Shown here piece by piece: positions 1 through 12,025 of a stretch of DNA of 64,000 nt. Each line of letters begins with the position of its first letter. Positions within the stretch are counted from its first letter, which is position 1. The notes under the pieces were generated by a model that ran no database searches, was not told where the DNA came from, and was given only the letters and a program-made list of their open reading frames with translations. The translations under genes and the position numbers were made by a program. The DNA is taken from the NCBI GenBank assembly GCA_030704615.1, contig CM060734.1, positions 28,644,001 through 28,708,000 of the forward strand, given 5' to 3'. This DNA is from Takakia lepidozioides (Eukaryota > Plantae > Bryophyta).

Positions 1-484
1 AATTCAGTATTACCTTGCGTGACTTGCTGGTGGCAAGTAGCATGCAAAGGTTAGATGTTAGAAGTATCCCAGCCGCCACCTCTCGACCGAGGTTCGATGT
101 GGTGCAGATCCACCAGTTCCCCATTTTATAATGACTCTCCATAGACTATACACCGGTAATCACACCTGCGCGGTAGACTTCCTCTTTGTACGGAGATAGA
201 ATTATAAGCATTCTGCGCTTCTAATAATAGCTCTGGTCCTCGCTTAGGAGGTATGGGTCGAACCCTTGTTTCAGGGGTTTGACCATTATTGTGCCAATCA
301 CATCTTTAATTTGGGTCATGATCTTGAACTCCATGGGGTGTCCTTTCAACTAGCCTTAGCCTTAAAGGCTGGCACTTCATGTTTTAAAAAACAAAAAAGG
401 AAACCTGGGAGCGACAGCCCACAAATCAGGCCCTTGAGGAGGGGGAAAAATTAACCCCCTTTCATTTATGGGCCATGAGACCTA

Positions 485-588
485 CAGGACGATCATCGCC
501 CAGACATACCGTCACGAACAATCCCACACACGGGCAGGACGATCATCGCCCAGACATACCGTCACGAACAATCCCACACACGGGCAGG
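485..588. repeat. 50-bp tandem duplication (2 copies)
   Basis: CAGGACGATCATCGCCCAGACATACCGTCACGAACAATCCCACACACGGG repeated with period 50. Confidence 0.9.
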
Positions 589-655
589 GCAGCGGGTTTG
601 AACCACGGACCACCAAAGCGACACACTGTGCACTTACCAGCTGAGCTACCACCCG
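586..655 (-). mobile_element. tRNA-derived SINE-like head
   Basis: Minus strand has a Pol III A-box-like TAGCTCAGCTGG and a B-box-like GGTTCAAACCC at tRNA-like spacing; no convincing full cloverleaf. Confidence 0.4.
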
Positions 656-921
656 ATGTGCATGTTTTAATCAATATCGTTTTGAGTTTTATTTTTGTAA
701 TTATAATTATACCAAATAATTCCATTTTTATTTTTATTTTTATAATTTGGTATTTTTTTCAGTTCTCTCATAAAAGACCAATGGAGAGAGCACTAAGTGC
801 TACCCATTTCATTCTGGGTTCAAATCCTGCTACCTTGTTGGTTGTGTATGATATTCTCCCCCTTCGCTTGGGTGGTGTCCCATGAGCCTTGAGCTCCACT
901 ACTTGTGAAAGACGTTGACAA

Positions 922-1431
922 CCAAGTTGTAGCCCATGTGGTCATGGGCAGAGGGCACATACCACCTTGGAAGTGGTTGTGGGTTCAATCCAGGGAAAGG
1001 TATCCAGTATCCACTTACCTACTCGAAGGTACCGTACTTACCTAGCTTATTAGGCAATAATTAATTCAAAATCAAGTGCCTAATTAAATTTAGAACATTT
1101 TTGGAAAATGTGCCTAAAACTTGGAAAAATTTCCTGAGAAGTGCCTAATTGCTTGAAAAAATGTTTTTATGTTTTTTGAAAGAAAATTACCTCAACAATA
1201 GGTTTTGAGGGAGGTAAAAAACAATTGTTCATTTTTATCCAGGATAACTGTAATACATGCCTAATGTTTGGAAATTACCTAGGTGAGGTGCCTAAATAAT
1301 AAAAACGAATCTGCCTAATAATATTTCATTTTTATTAATTATTAGGCGCGGAAGTGCCTAATAAGCTAGGTAAGTACGGTAGTCACCTTTGGGGTAAAGA
1401 GACACCATAATTTACGGTTTCTTGGGGAGGC
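922..1431 (+). mobile_element. tRNA-derived SINE-like repeat, interrupted by a MITE
   Basis: A-box-like TAGCCCATGTGG, B-box-like GGTTCAATCC; homologous to the two inverted copies at 1494-1634 and 1740-1897. Confidence 0.5.
1032..1379. mobile_element. Tc1/mariner(pogo)-type MITE, 348 bp
   Basis: Perfect 25-bp TIR CCGTACTTACCTAGCTTATTAGGCA, flanked by TA at 1030-1031 and 1380-1381; AT-rich interior. Confidence 0.9.
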
Positions 1432-1493
1432 TCTATAATTTATATTTTAACTTTAGTGAGAGGAGAAAATAACCTCTTTCAGAAAAGAAGTAT

Positions 1494-1634
1494 GATGCCT
1501 CCCAAAAAGGAAGTGTAAATTATGGTGTCTCTGTGACCCCGAAGGACTGCTGCCTCCCAGGGACACCAATTGTTGGATTGAACCGACAACCACTTCCGAG
1601 GTGGTATGTGCCCGTCACCACTGGACTACAACTT
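1494..1634 (-). mobile_element. tRNA-derived SINE-like repeat copy
   Basis: Shares TAAATTATGGTGTCTCT...ACAACCACTT..GAGGTGGTATGTGCCC...CTACAACTTG with the neighbouring copies. Confidence 0.5.
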
Positions 1635-1739
1635 GTTTCTCACCTCTCACTATAATTAAGGGGCCTGATTTGTGAGCGGTCACTCCTTTGTGTATATGTG
1701 TGTTTTTTTTCCCCCAAGGAAATATATAATAATACATTT

Positions 1740-1897
1740 GATGCCTCCGGAAGGAAGCGTAAATTATGGTGTCTCTTCACCCCGAAGGATTACTGCCTTC
1801 CGCTAGAAAGGTGGACACCTTTGTGACACCAAGGGTGAATTGAACCCACAACCACTTTCGAGGTGGTATGTGCCCACAACCACTAGGCTACAACTTG
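1740..1897 (-). mobile_element. tRNA-derived SINE-like repeat copy
   Basis: Minus-strand A box TAGCCTAGTGG and B-box-like GGTTCAATTC. Confidence 0.5.
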
Positions 1898-3273
1898 GTT
1901 GTCTCCCCCAAGGAAGCCTTGTTTCCTTCTCAAGAAAAAAAAAAAAGAAACAAGTCACATTCCGTGGTTTTATGAGCCAACGAGCCGTTAAAGTTTTAAA
2001 TACCTACTACTTGCAAGTCATTCACTAGTTTTTCATGCCAAGATGTTTATGAGCTATGCGACAATGACTCGTTGGTTCGCAAACATCAATTCTTCCTCCA
2101 ACTGTCCTTCACGTTCTCAAAATTTATTTGGCTATGTATAGTCCTAGTCCGCTCCAAAATGGGTTCTTAAAAGAAGTGAATATTGGAAGAAAGAATATTC
2201 AACGTTAGAACCTGGACCCGCCAGCTAGGTCCAGAACCCGTTAAACCCGCTACTCGCGGGCCAGAGTTGGTATAGCCATCTTCCATAGTTCACTAGTTGA
2301 CTTTCTAGAGAGTTCTACTTTTTAGATAGTTCTACTATTGTCGACCTGGGTTGAAAAACAACTCACTAGTGGGTGTGGATGCTGTAGAAGTATAAGTTAT
2401 AGGAACAGTGACCAGAGAAGGTTGGAGCTTGGTGAGAGTGGGGCCAGGTGGGATCGCGTCTTGGGGCTCGTCTTCAAGGTAGAGCGCTTGGGGCTGGTGG
2501 AGGGTGGGACCAGCTGCGTGAAGTGCTTAGAGTGGGAGTGCTTGGGGTTGACGAAGTAGGGCTGGGGGAATTGGGATCGTCGTGCTTCTAAAGGGGACTC
2601 AATATTGTCGTGTTTGCCGTGTTTGGAAATTTTGCCGTGTTCACCTCTTCTTCCAAAGTATATGCTTCCACGGTAATAGGACCCCCTCTAAACCCTATCC
2701 TCGATTATAGGACTTGCTTCTCCCTCCTCTAAACCCTGGGCTCACGCTTAGAGGGCAAAGCGTGAGCCCAACTCCTGGGCTCGCATGGCTAGGCTCATGC
2801 CGTAGCTAAGCCCGATAGAACTGGATGCAGGAATTAGGCACGACGTGATGGCTGGGTGGACCGGATGTGATAACCGGTGTTGTGTATTTTAGAGTTGGTT
2901 GATCCAGAAATAATCACTGGCTTTTGTAGTTATCAGTGGCACAGACTATGGTTCCTCTTTTGCACAAAAGATGGTGTAAATTGTGTGAATATGGTTCTAT
3001 CAAGAGTTAAGCTGTAAATGAGTTGATCAGATATGATTCATGTTAGAAATGGTTGTTTTAGACGTGCTACTGTGGAGGCCTTTTGAACTGCAGCTCAGTG
3101 ATGTTGGTTGATTCGAACCTATTGTGTTTGTAAATTGTTTCTCTCCATATGATTTGATCCTGCCCACCCACAACTGCAGAGGAAGCCATGCCGTTATATA
3201 TGAGGGGGACATATACTGCTTCCTCTCTTGCAACGTATGATTCCCAAAGAGAATCAGTTTTGCATAGTGCCAT

Positions 3274-3994
3274 TGTCGCGGCCCTTTACCTTGAGGGCAG
3301 GGGGTCGGGACGTAGAGGGGCTGCCCCTATGGTGGGGGCGGTGGCAGCAATAGGTACGGGGGGCTGAAGCACCCTTTGAGTGCCAAGGCACTCAAGGAGG
3401 CGGAGGCGCTCACTAGGTGGAGCCCCGCACACCGGGTTGCGGTGGGGGTGGCTCCACAAGGGGTGGAGGTAGCTTAGTGGGACTTAGTGGGGGTGGCATA
3501 GGACTCACCATGGGGCGGAGACCTTGTGGTGGGAGTCGTGGGGAGTCTTGGGACTTATCACGGTCCAATGGGGCCATGGTGGGTGGGCCAAGACTCACCG
3601 CGACTCATCACCGGGAATTGAGGGTCTTCGTGGTGGTTCGCCATAAAATGGCATGGTTGTTTGTGAAACCCCCGCGGACAGTCACAGAAGTATATATAGG
3701 GAGTAGTAACCCCGAGAACGGTGCAAGCCCGTTGGTGACCAAAAACTAGTGAGTAAGCAAGCGAGCCGAAAAGCGACCAAGGAGTGGGGAGCTATTCCTG
3801 CCATCTACCAAAGGGAATTTCCACTAGGCCCAAATTGGTGGAGGGTCTGTTGGGGGAGAAAAGGGGGACCGTTATGTCCCGGTGAGCAGCCGAAGCTCCG
3901 AGTTGGCCCGGCGGCCAGGTTGGGAGTTAGGCGCGCGCATCAAAGCGAGTAACTATGACTTGAAGGGGAGCTTACCGAAGTGAGGTACGCGACA
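3274..3994 (+). repeat. LTR (copy 1, 5')
   Basis: TG...CA termini; homologous to the three other LTRs in the window. Confidence 0.95.
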
Positions 3995-4049
3995 CTTGGT
4001 ATCAGAGCTTAGAGTTCAGTACGCGATCGTCCTTGGGATCGGCCTCATC

Positions 4050-7000
4050 ATGGGGTCGGGCAAGCCAAAGCAAAAGCGGAACGGCCCGAAAGATGATGAT
4101 CCTGACGACGTGTCACCGAAGCGGCCATCTAAGGAAGCAATGCATGCTTTTGAAAACGAGGCCTCTCAAGAATGGGAGGAATCTGAGGAGTCGGAGCCTG
4201 AGGAATCCCTGAGAGCTCCGACAGACCAACAGATGTCTCCCATGCCAGCAGCCTTTTGGGAAGGGTTGTTGGTGCAGTTTGGCAGGACGTTGAAAAACGT
4301 GTTGAAGGCGGCTAATGCCACTTCTACTAAGGCAAAGTTTAAGGTGAAGCCTAAAGAACCCGGCACCTTCGAGGGCGTCCGAAATTGGAAGGCACTCAAC
4401 ACCTGGCTCTTGGAGCTAGAGCAGTACTTCCGGGCGGCCAAGTTGAGTGACGAGGATCGGGTGGAAGTGGCTCCCACCTATTTGAGGGGCTATGCTCAAC
4501 AATGGTGGCAGAAACGCCTTCACGACCGAGGTCCAAACCCGGAAACCTTGAACTGGAGTGGGTTCAAGGAACTGATGAAGAGACAGTTTGTGCCCCTCAA
4601 CGCGTCCTGGCTCGCCCGGGACAAGATGAGGAATCTGAAGCAAACAGATGACATTCAGGGATATGTTTAGGCTTTCAATGTGTTGTTGCTCAAAGTCGCG
4701 GACATGGCAGAACCAGAAATGGTCTTCCAACTTTGTGGCGGGACTGGCCCTATGGGCCAGACGGAAGTTGGAGGAGAAGCCACCTAAGACTTTGAACGAG
4801 GCAATTGAGAGGGTTGAATGTTTCTCAGATGTCCCTAGGGGCGAAAGACAAGGCCGTACGGAGCTGAACCACAAAAAGACCCGGCGGGAGGGTGACTCCT
4901 TTCGACCGGAAAAGAAGTGGGATAGGCCACGCGGCGACAATGGCACGTGGAAATCGAAAAGAGGGCCTTCACACGCCAAGTCGAGACCCGGTGCTCCGAA
5001 AGGAAAATTAGGTGCGACGCCTTACGGCGGACAAAAGGCGACCTTCGATGGAGTGTGCTTCAATTGTGGAGGGAGTCAGTTAATGTTTGTGAGTGGGATA
5101 ATCTCCGGAACTAACGTGTCGTTGTTGGTGGACACAGGAGCGTCACACTCCTTCATGACACCGGCAACGGCACGGAAGCTGGGACTCCCAACAAGTGATG
5201 TGGGGGCCTCTATTGAGGTGCGTTCTGCTAAAGGAGAGCCACAATTGGCGACGAGGTTGGCGTTCGATGTTCCTCTTCAGCTCGGGAGTTGGGAGGGACG
5301 TGAGAACTTCACCATTTGCGAGATCGATGGAGTGGATCTCATTTTGGGGATGACCTTTTTGAGCAGATCCGGAGCGGTCATAGATGGCCGCAAGAGAATA
5401 GTCACGCTACCGTGTGGGAACGGTGGCGAAGTTTTAAGAGTGTCGGAAACGCCCAACCCAATGGGAGGGCGAATAAACCTGTTGTCAGCAAACGAGTGGG
5501 CCGCGGAGGAGTCATACGAGCCCCAATTTTTGCTTTATATAAGACAAGTGAAGGGAGAAGGCGATGGGGAGCCGAGCCCAGATTGGATCAAGGGGATTTT
5601 GGAGAAATACCAGGATGTGATGCTGGAGGATTTACCAAGCGGCTTGCCACCGCGAAGGGGAGTTGACCACAAGATTGAGGTGATACCGGGATCGGAGCCG
5701 CCTGCCAAAGTGCCCTACCGGTTGAGCCACAAAGAGTTGGTCGAGCTGAAGACTCAGCTCAAGGATCTAATGTCAAAGGGGTACATCCGGCCGAGTAAGT
5801 CACCTTACGGAGCCCCGGTGCTATTTGCAGACAAGAAGGATGGGACGCTGTGGATGTGTGTCGACTACATGGCTCTGAATAAGGTGACTATCAAGAACCG
5901 GTACCCTTTGCCAAGAATCGACGACCTCTTCGATCGGTTGGCAGGAGCGAAGTATTTTTGCCGGATCGATTTGCGCTCCGGCTACCATCAAATCCGAGTG
6001 GCGGAAGGAGATGAGGAGAAAACCGCGTGCAAGACAAGATATGGTTTGTATGAGTTCTTGGTGATGCTTTTTGGACTCACCAACGCACCCGCGACCTTTA
6101 GCACGTTAATGAACAGCCTTTTCCAGGAGTGGCTGGATGACTTTGTGATCATGTACATCGACGAAATCTTGGTGTACTTGAAAACAAAGGAAGAGCACCT
6201 AGAGCACCTCAAAAGGGTGTTCCAGAAATTGCGGGAAGGGAAGCTGTATGCCAAAGCTTCAAAGTGCAAATTCGGGGTCACAAAAGTGGAGTTCCTGGGG
6301 CATGTGATTAGGATAGGATCAAAATGGATGACAGAAAGGTGAGGGCGATCTTGGACTGGGAGCCTCCGACTTCGGTCCCGAGAGTGCGATCCTTCCTAAG
6401 ACTCGCCTCCTATTACCGGAAGTATGTGAGAAATTTCGCCAAGATCGCGGGGCCGCTGTCAGACCTTCTGTATATTTCCAAAGTCTGGGTATGGAACACC
6501 TTTTGTGATCAAGCTTTTGCCGAGTTGAAGCAGCGGATGGCGGAAGCTCTAGTCCTCAAAATCCTGGAGTTCGACCGTCCATTTGAGATTCATACGGATG
6601 CGTTGGACTTCGCTATAGGGGGTGTACTCATGCAGGATGGACGTCCAGTGGCTTACGAAAGTAAGAAATTGAATGAAGTAGAGCGGCGGTGGCCTACGCA
6701 TGAGAAGGAAATGAAGGCGGTGGTGCATTGCCTTGAGTTTTGGCGCCACTATGTTGGTTCCAACCCGGTGAAGGTGTTCACGGACAATGTCACGGTGAAG
6801 TATTTTGCCACGCAGCCTAAGTTGTCCCCAAAACAACTTAGGTGGTAAGATACTTTGGCGGTGTTCGACGTGAATATCCAGTACAAACTGGGACGGGACA
6901 ATGTGGTGGCCGATGCTTTAAGTAGAAAACAGTAGCTCTTGTTGGTGTACAAGGGCAAGACGGCGCTCCAAAAGAAGATCCAGAAGGCTTACTAGAAGGA

Positions 7001-7429
7001 TGAGATGGCGAAGTCTGTGATGCGGGACTTGAGGATGGGGGTTAAATCGCAATTCCACTTGCAAAATGGACTGCTCCGGTATAAACAAAAGCGTCTCTAC
7101 GTGCCAAAGGGAGGGATCAGAGATAGTCTCTTAAGGGAATGCCATGATGGCCCGCTTGCGGGCCACGGCGGAGCCAAGCGCACCGTGGCACTTTTGAAGA
7201 AAGAGTATTTCTGGCCCAAACTGAGGGAGGAGGCCGAGGAGTATGTCAAGACATGCACCACATGCCAACAAAACCGGAGCGAGTACAAAAAGCAAGCGGG
7301 GCTGTTACAACCTTTGTCGATTCCAGAGGGGTCTTGGGAATGTGTCTCGATGGATTTCATGACTGCTATGCCGCTATCAAAAGGATTCGATGCAATCATG
7401 GTGGTGGTGGATAGGTTCAGGAAAATGGA
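4050..7429 (+). pseudogene. degraded gag-pol
   Basis: gag (APTYLRGYAQQWW), PR ([10 protein letters not shown]), RT (YIDE in place of YIDD), RNase H, INT HHCC; several stops and frameshifts; internal deletion of about 175 bp near 5071. Confidence 0.92.
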
Positions 7430-7597
7430 CAGGCGCCAGTTTCCTGATACAACTCACAAGAGTAGTTGCCTACCTTGCAAGTCTTGGCGACCACCGCCTC
7501 CACCAAGCGGCTGATGGAAGCTTCGGACAACTCCGTGGTTGCCCGAGTCATGTTCAATTGTCGGGGATTCGTACACTTCTTGGCCATGTGTCCGAGC
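7430..7597 (-). pseudogene. inverted gag zinc-knuckle fragment of the same Gypsy family
   Basis: Encodes GHMAKKCTNPRQLNMTRATTELSE...ELYQETGA, matching about 11418-11586 and the segment missing from copy 1. Confidence 0.9.
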
Positions 7598-8180
7598 ATG
7601 TGTATCCTTGAGTTTTAAAGAAACTCCCTTCTTGGAACAAATTGCCTATCTGCAATCTTGCCCTGTGCTCATCCACATCCACATGACCCGATGGCAAATC
7701 GAACAATTGCTGTAGGTACTGGGGAGTAATTTCTATATCTACTCCCCTCACCTGGGTTACTCCTGTCCGAGGCTCAAAGTTCTGAACAAATTGAATCATA
7801 TACTTCCGATGATGCAAGGACCAGTCCTTGCGTAGCAGCCCTTCCAATCGCAACTCCTTCAGCAGCTGCACTGCCTGTGGTGTAGCAATTGTTGGCTTCT
7901 GCAGAATTGTGGTGCTCTTCACCCTGATATCCTCCATTCCCCTAACTCTCTTCATCCCAGACAAACAAGAAGGCCTTGTTTGAAACAGCTCTAGGAAAGC
8001 TTGCAGGGCATAGAGCATAAAGGTATGGTTGGCACAGAAAGGAACGGGTAAGTGCGTGTAAGCCTGTGGGGCTTGCAGATAGTGGGTGAGAGAGAATGTC
8101 CTTTCAACCCGTCCGTCCTTGCACCACTGCGTGAGAAGTAAAGCTAATGTATAGTCTGTAATATCCGCCATAGCTACAAA
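7598..8180 (-). pseudogene. fragment resembling a plant retrotransposon accessory ORF
   Basis: FVQNF...VRGVDIEITPQYLQQLFDLP resembles 'putative plant transposon protein' sequences; recognised by eye only. Confidence 0.4.
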
Positions 8181-8237
8181 GATTGCCCTTCCCATCGAGA
8201 CGCTGGTTATTCGGAGCCACCCCGACTCTTCCGCTCA

Positions 8238-8497
8238 GGTGTGGGGACTATCGTCCTGTGAACCGTCAAACTAAATCCGATAGATATGCCATGCCAACTC
8301 CAGAGGAGATCTTTGATGCCATTGAGCATGCAAAGGTGTTTAGCACATTGGACTTGCGATCCGGTTACCACCAGTTGCCAATCAAAGAGGCTGACAAGCA
8401 AAAGACGGCATTATGGGGGATTGACCAACATAGGAAGGATTGTTTGTACCAATGGCGGTTCTTACCGTTTGGGTTGAAGAATGCTCCTGCACAGTTT
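8238..8497 (+). pseudogene. Gypsy RT fragment, N-terminal half (a different family)
   Basis: CGDYRPVN...[12 protein letters not shown]...LPFGLKNAPAQF. Confidence 0.88.
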
Positions 8498-8888
8498 CCA
8501 TTCCTGACCCACCTTGGTCAACTTGGTAAGAGCCTTTGCAATGTTGCTAAATCCCTTGACAAACCGTCGATAGTAGTTTGCCAATCCTATGAAAGCACGA
8601 ACTCTGCTCACATCCATGGGGCGTGGAATGCATGCAATGGCCTCCACCTTTGTCTGTTGAACACCCAATCCTCTAGGGTATATCATGTGGCCCAGATATT
8701 CAATCTGATTGTGGAAGAACTTGCACTTTTCGGGGTGCAGTTTCAACCCGTGCGCTCTCAAGCGCTCAAACACCACCTGAAGGTGTCTCTCATGCTCCTC
8801 AACCGTAGCACTAAAGACGATGATGTCATCAACGTAGCACCGGGCGAAGTCTTGCCCCGCGAGAATCCTATCCATGACCCTCTGCAAT
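8498..8888 (-). pseudogene. Gypsy RT fragment, C-terminal half, inverted
   Basis: QRVMDRIL...CYVDDIIVFS...YLGH...FIGLANYYRRFV continues the preceding fragment but on the opposite strand. Confidence 0.88.
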
Positions 8889-8904
8889 GGGAGGAGCAGC
8901 AGGA

Positions 8905-9185
8905 GGAATCAAAAATAATTTGAATAGCGAATGATGGGTTCACCCTTTGAATCAATTTCGATTGACCTGATACTCGACACGTACCTCTGACGAGGTATGT
9001 CCAACACACTCGCAATGTTTGAAAGCAATCAAAAATCATTTGAACAGCGAACGATGGGTTCACCCTTTGGATCAATTTTGATTGACTTGATACTTGAGAG
9101 GAGCATGTGACAAGGTATGTCCAACACACTCGCAAAGATTGAAAGCAATCGAAAATTCATTTCATCAGCGAACGATGAGTTCACC
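8905..9185. repeat. 120-bp tandem repeat (about 2.3 units)
   Basis: GATGGGTTCACC recurs at 120-121 bp spacing; the same family occurs inverted at 55311-55577. Confidence 0.85.
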
Positions 9186-9600
9186 GTGGGGGGGCTGCTA
9201 TTTCATGAGCCATGAGCCATGAGCGGCATGAGCCATGAGCAGAGTCGTAAGTGTCGAAAAAAACATGAGCAGGACTATTTTCCGGAAATGAGTGTCCGCG
9301 GGAATAGGGTTTAGGGTGTCACGGTCATAGGGGGAGAAGGACCTCCCGATGAAGGAGGTTCGGCAATGTTTTTTAGAATTACATATTGAAAGGCAATGTT
9401 TCGCGAATGGTAGGGTGGTACTGCTCTGTACAATGGGGGCCCATTTCAGCCTACCAGCCACTTGCAAAATCCACCCACACTCCCAATCCCAAACGAAATA
9501 AGGAATGATGCATTCCGGGAACGATGGATATAGAATAGAACAAAAAGAGGGCACAATGGGGTTTTTATTGATCCACATGAATTGCATTTGAAGCAAGTCT

Positions 9601-10326
9601 TGTCGCGGCCCTTTGCCTTGAGGGCAGGGGGGGTCGGGACACATGAGGGGCTGCCCCTGTGGTGGGGGCAGCGGCAGCGATAGGTGAGGGGGCTGAAGCA
9701 CCCTTGAGTGCCCAAGGCACTCAGGGAAGCGGAGGCGCTCACTAGGTGGAGCCCCGCACACCGGGTTGCGGTGGGGGTGGCTCCACAAGGGGTGGTGGTA
9801 GCTTAGTGGGACTTAGTGGGGGTGGCATAGGACTCACCATGGGGGCGGAGACCTCGTGGTGGGAGTCGTGGGGAGTCTTGGGACTCATCACGGTCCATAG
9901 GGGCCGTGGTGAGCGGGCCAAGACTCACCGCGACTCACCACCGGGAGTCGAGGGTTTTCGTGGTGGTTCGCCATAAAATGGCATGGCTGGTTGTGGAACC
10001 CCGCGGACAGCTACAGAAGTATATATAGGGAGTAGTAACCCCGAGAACGGTGCAAGCCCGTTGGTGACCAAAAACTAGTGAGTAAGCGAGCGAGCCAGAA
10101 AGCGACCAAAGAGTGGGGAGCTATTCCGGACTGCCATCTACCAAAGGGAATTCTCCTAGTCCCAATTAGGTGGAGGGTTTAGAGGGAGGCAAAGGGGGGA
10201 CCGTTATGTCCCGGTGAGCAGCCGAAGCTCCAAGTTGGCCGGGCGGCCAGGTTGGGAGTCAGGCGCGCGCATCAAAGCGAGTAACTATGACTTGAAGGGG
10301 AGCTTACCGAAGTGAGGTGCGCGACA
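9601..10326 (+). repeat. 5' LTR
   Basis: TGTCGC...GCGACA followed by a tRNA-iMet-type PBS. Confidence 0.97.
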
Positions 10327-10381
10327 CTTGGTATCAGAGCTCAGAGTTCAGTACGCGATCGTCCTTGGGATTGGCCTCATC

Positions 10382-12022
10382 ATGGGGTCGGGCAAGCCGA
10401 AGCGAAAGCGGAACGGCCCAAAAGATGATGATCCCGGTGAGCCCGATGGGGGCAGCGTGTCACCGAGGCGGCCGTTTGAGGAAGCGATGCATGTTTCCGA
10501 AAACGAGGCCGCCCAAGAGCGGGAGGAATCCGAGGAGTCGGAGCCCGAGGAATCCTTGAGAGCTCCGACAAACCAAGAGATGCCTCCCATGCCGGCAGCC
10601 TTTTGGGAAGGGTTGTTGGCGCAGTTTGGCGGGACGTTGAAAGACGTGTTGAAGGCGGCTAATGCCACTTCCACTAAGGCAAAGTTTAAGGTGAAGCCTA
10701 AGGAACCCGACACCTTCAAAGGCGTCCGAAATCGGAAGGCACTCAACACCTGGCTCTTGGAGCTAGAGCAGTACTTCCAGGCGGCCAAGTTGAGTGACGA
10801 GGATCGGGTGGAAGTGGCTCCCACCTATTTGAGGGGCTATGCTCAACAATGGTGGCAGAAACGCCTTCACGACCGAGGTCCAAGCCCGGAAACCTTGAAC
10901 TGGAGTGGGTTCAAGGAATTGATGAAGAGACAGTTTGTGCCCCTCAACGCGTCCTGGCTCGCCCGGGACAAGATGAGGAATCTGAAGCAAACAGATGACA
11001 TTCGGGGATATGTCCAGGCTTTCAATGTGCTGTTGCTCGAAGTCGCGGACATGGCAGAACCAGAAATGGTCTTCAACTTTGTGGCGGGACTGGCCCCATG
11101 GGCCAGGCGGAAGTTGGAGGAGAAGCCACCCGAGACTTTGAACGAGGCTATTGAGAGGGCTGAATGTTTCTCAGATGTCCCTAGGGGTGAAAGACAAGGC
11201 CGTATGGAGCTGAACCACAAGAAGATTCGGCGGGAAGGTGACTCCTTCTGACCGGAAAAGAAGTGGGATAGGCCACGCGGCGAAAATGGCACGTGGAAAT
11301 CAAAGGGAGGGCCTTCACACGTCAAGGCGGCACCCGGTGCTTCGAAAGGAAAAGCGGGTGGAGCGGCTTATGGCGGACAGAAGGCGACCTTTGATGGAGT
11401 GTGTTTCAATTGGGGGGAGCCCGGGCACATGGCCAAGAAGTGCACGAAGCCCCGGCAATTGAACATGACTCGGGCGACCACGGAGCTGTCGGAAGATACC
11501 ATCAGTCGCTTGGTGGAAGCGGTGGTCGGCAGGACTTGCAAGGCAGGCAAATTTTCTTGTGAGCTGTATCAGGAAACTGGCGCCTTACGAAAAGGGAGTT
11601 AGTTATTGTTCGTGGATGGGATAATATCCGGAACTAATGTGTCGTTGTTGGTGGACACAGGAGCGTCGCACTCCTTCATGACACCGGCAACGGCACAAAA
11701 GCTGGGACTCCCGACAAGTGACGTGGGGGCCTCTATTGAGGTGCATTCTGCCAAAGGAGAACCACAGTTGGCGACAAGGTTGGCGATTGATGTTCCTCTT
11801 CAACTGGGGAGTTGGGAAGGACGCGAGAACTTCACCATCTGCGAGATCGATGGAGTGGATCTCATTTTGGGGATGACCTTTTTGAGAATATCCGGAGCGG
11901 TCATAGATGGCCGCAAGAGAGTAGTCACGCTGCCATGTGGGAATGGTGGCGAGGTTTTACGAGTGTCTGAAACGCCCAAATCCGTGGGAGGGCAAATAAA
12001 CCTTCTGTCAGCAAAGGAGTAG
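10382..12022 (+). pseudogene. gag: gag, zinc knuckle and aspartic protease (in-frame stops at about 11249, 11600 and 12020)
   Basis: Retrotransposon gag motif, CFNxGEPGHMAKKC knuckle, [11 protein letters not shown]. Confidence 0.92.
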
Positions 12023-12025
12023 GCC

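Larger units (their letters stand above)
3274..7429 (+). mobile_element. Ty3/Gypsy LTR retrotransposon copy 1, 3'-truncated within integrase
   Basis: 5' LTR TGTCGC..GCGACA at 3274-3994, PBS TGGTATCAGAGC at 3997-4008, gag/PR/RT/RNaseH/INT with stops and frameshifts; same family as 9601-16580. Confidence 0.95.

Noticed and set aside
586-655. Functional tRNA gene
   Set aside because: A and B boxes are present, but acceptor and anticodon stems could not be paired convincingly
2820-3273. Short minus-strand ORFs before the first LTR
   Set aside because: No recognisable motif; cannot be assigned
3413-3952. G/P-rich ORFs in the LTRs (repeated at 9746, 15999 and 61002)
   Set aside because: By-product of G-rich LTR sequence; the frames differ among copies
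9181-9189. TSD for MULE A
   Set aside because: TCACCGTGG versus GATGCGTGG matches only 5 of 9, so it is not claimed; the boundaries rest on end homology with copy B
9305-9316. Telomere-like TAGGGTTTAGGG
   Set aside because: Under two units long and part of the MULE subterminal region
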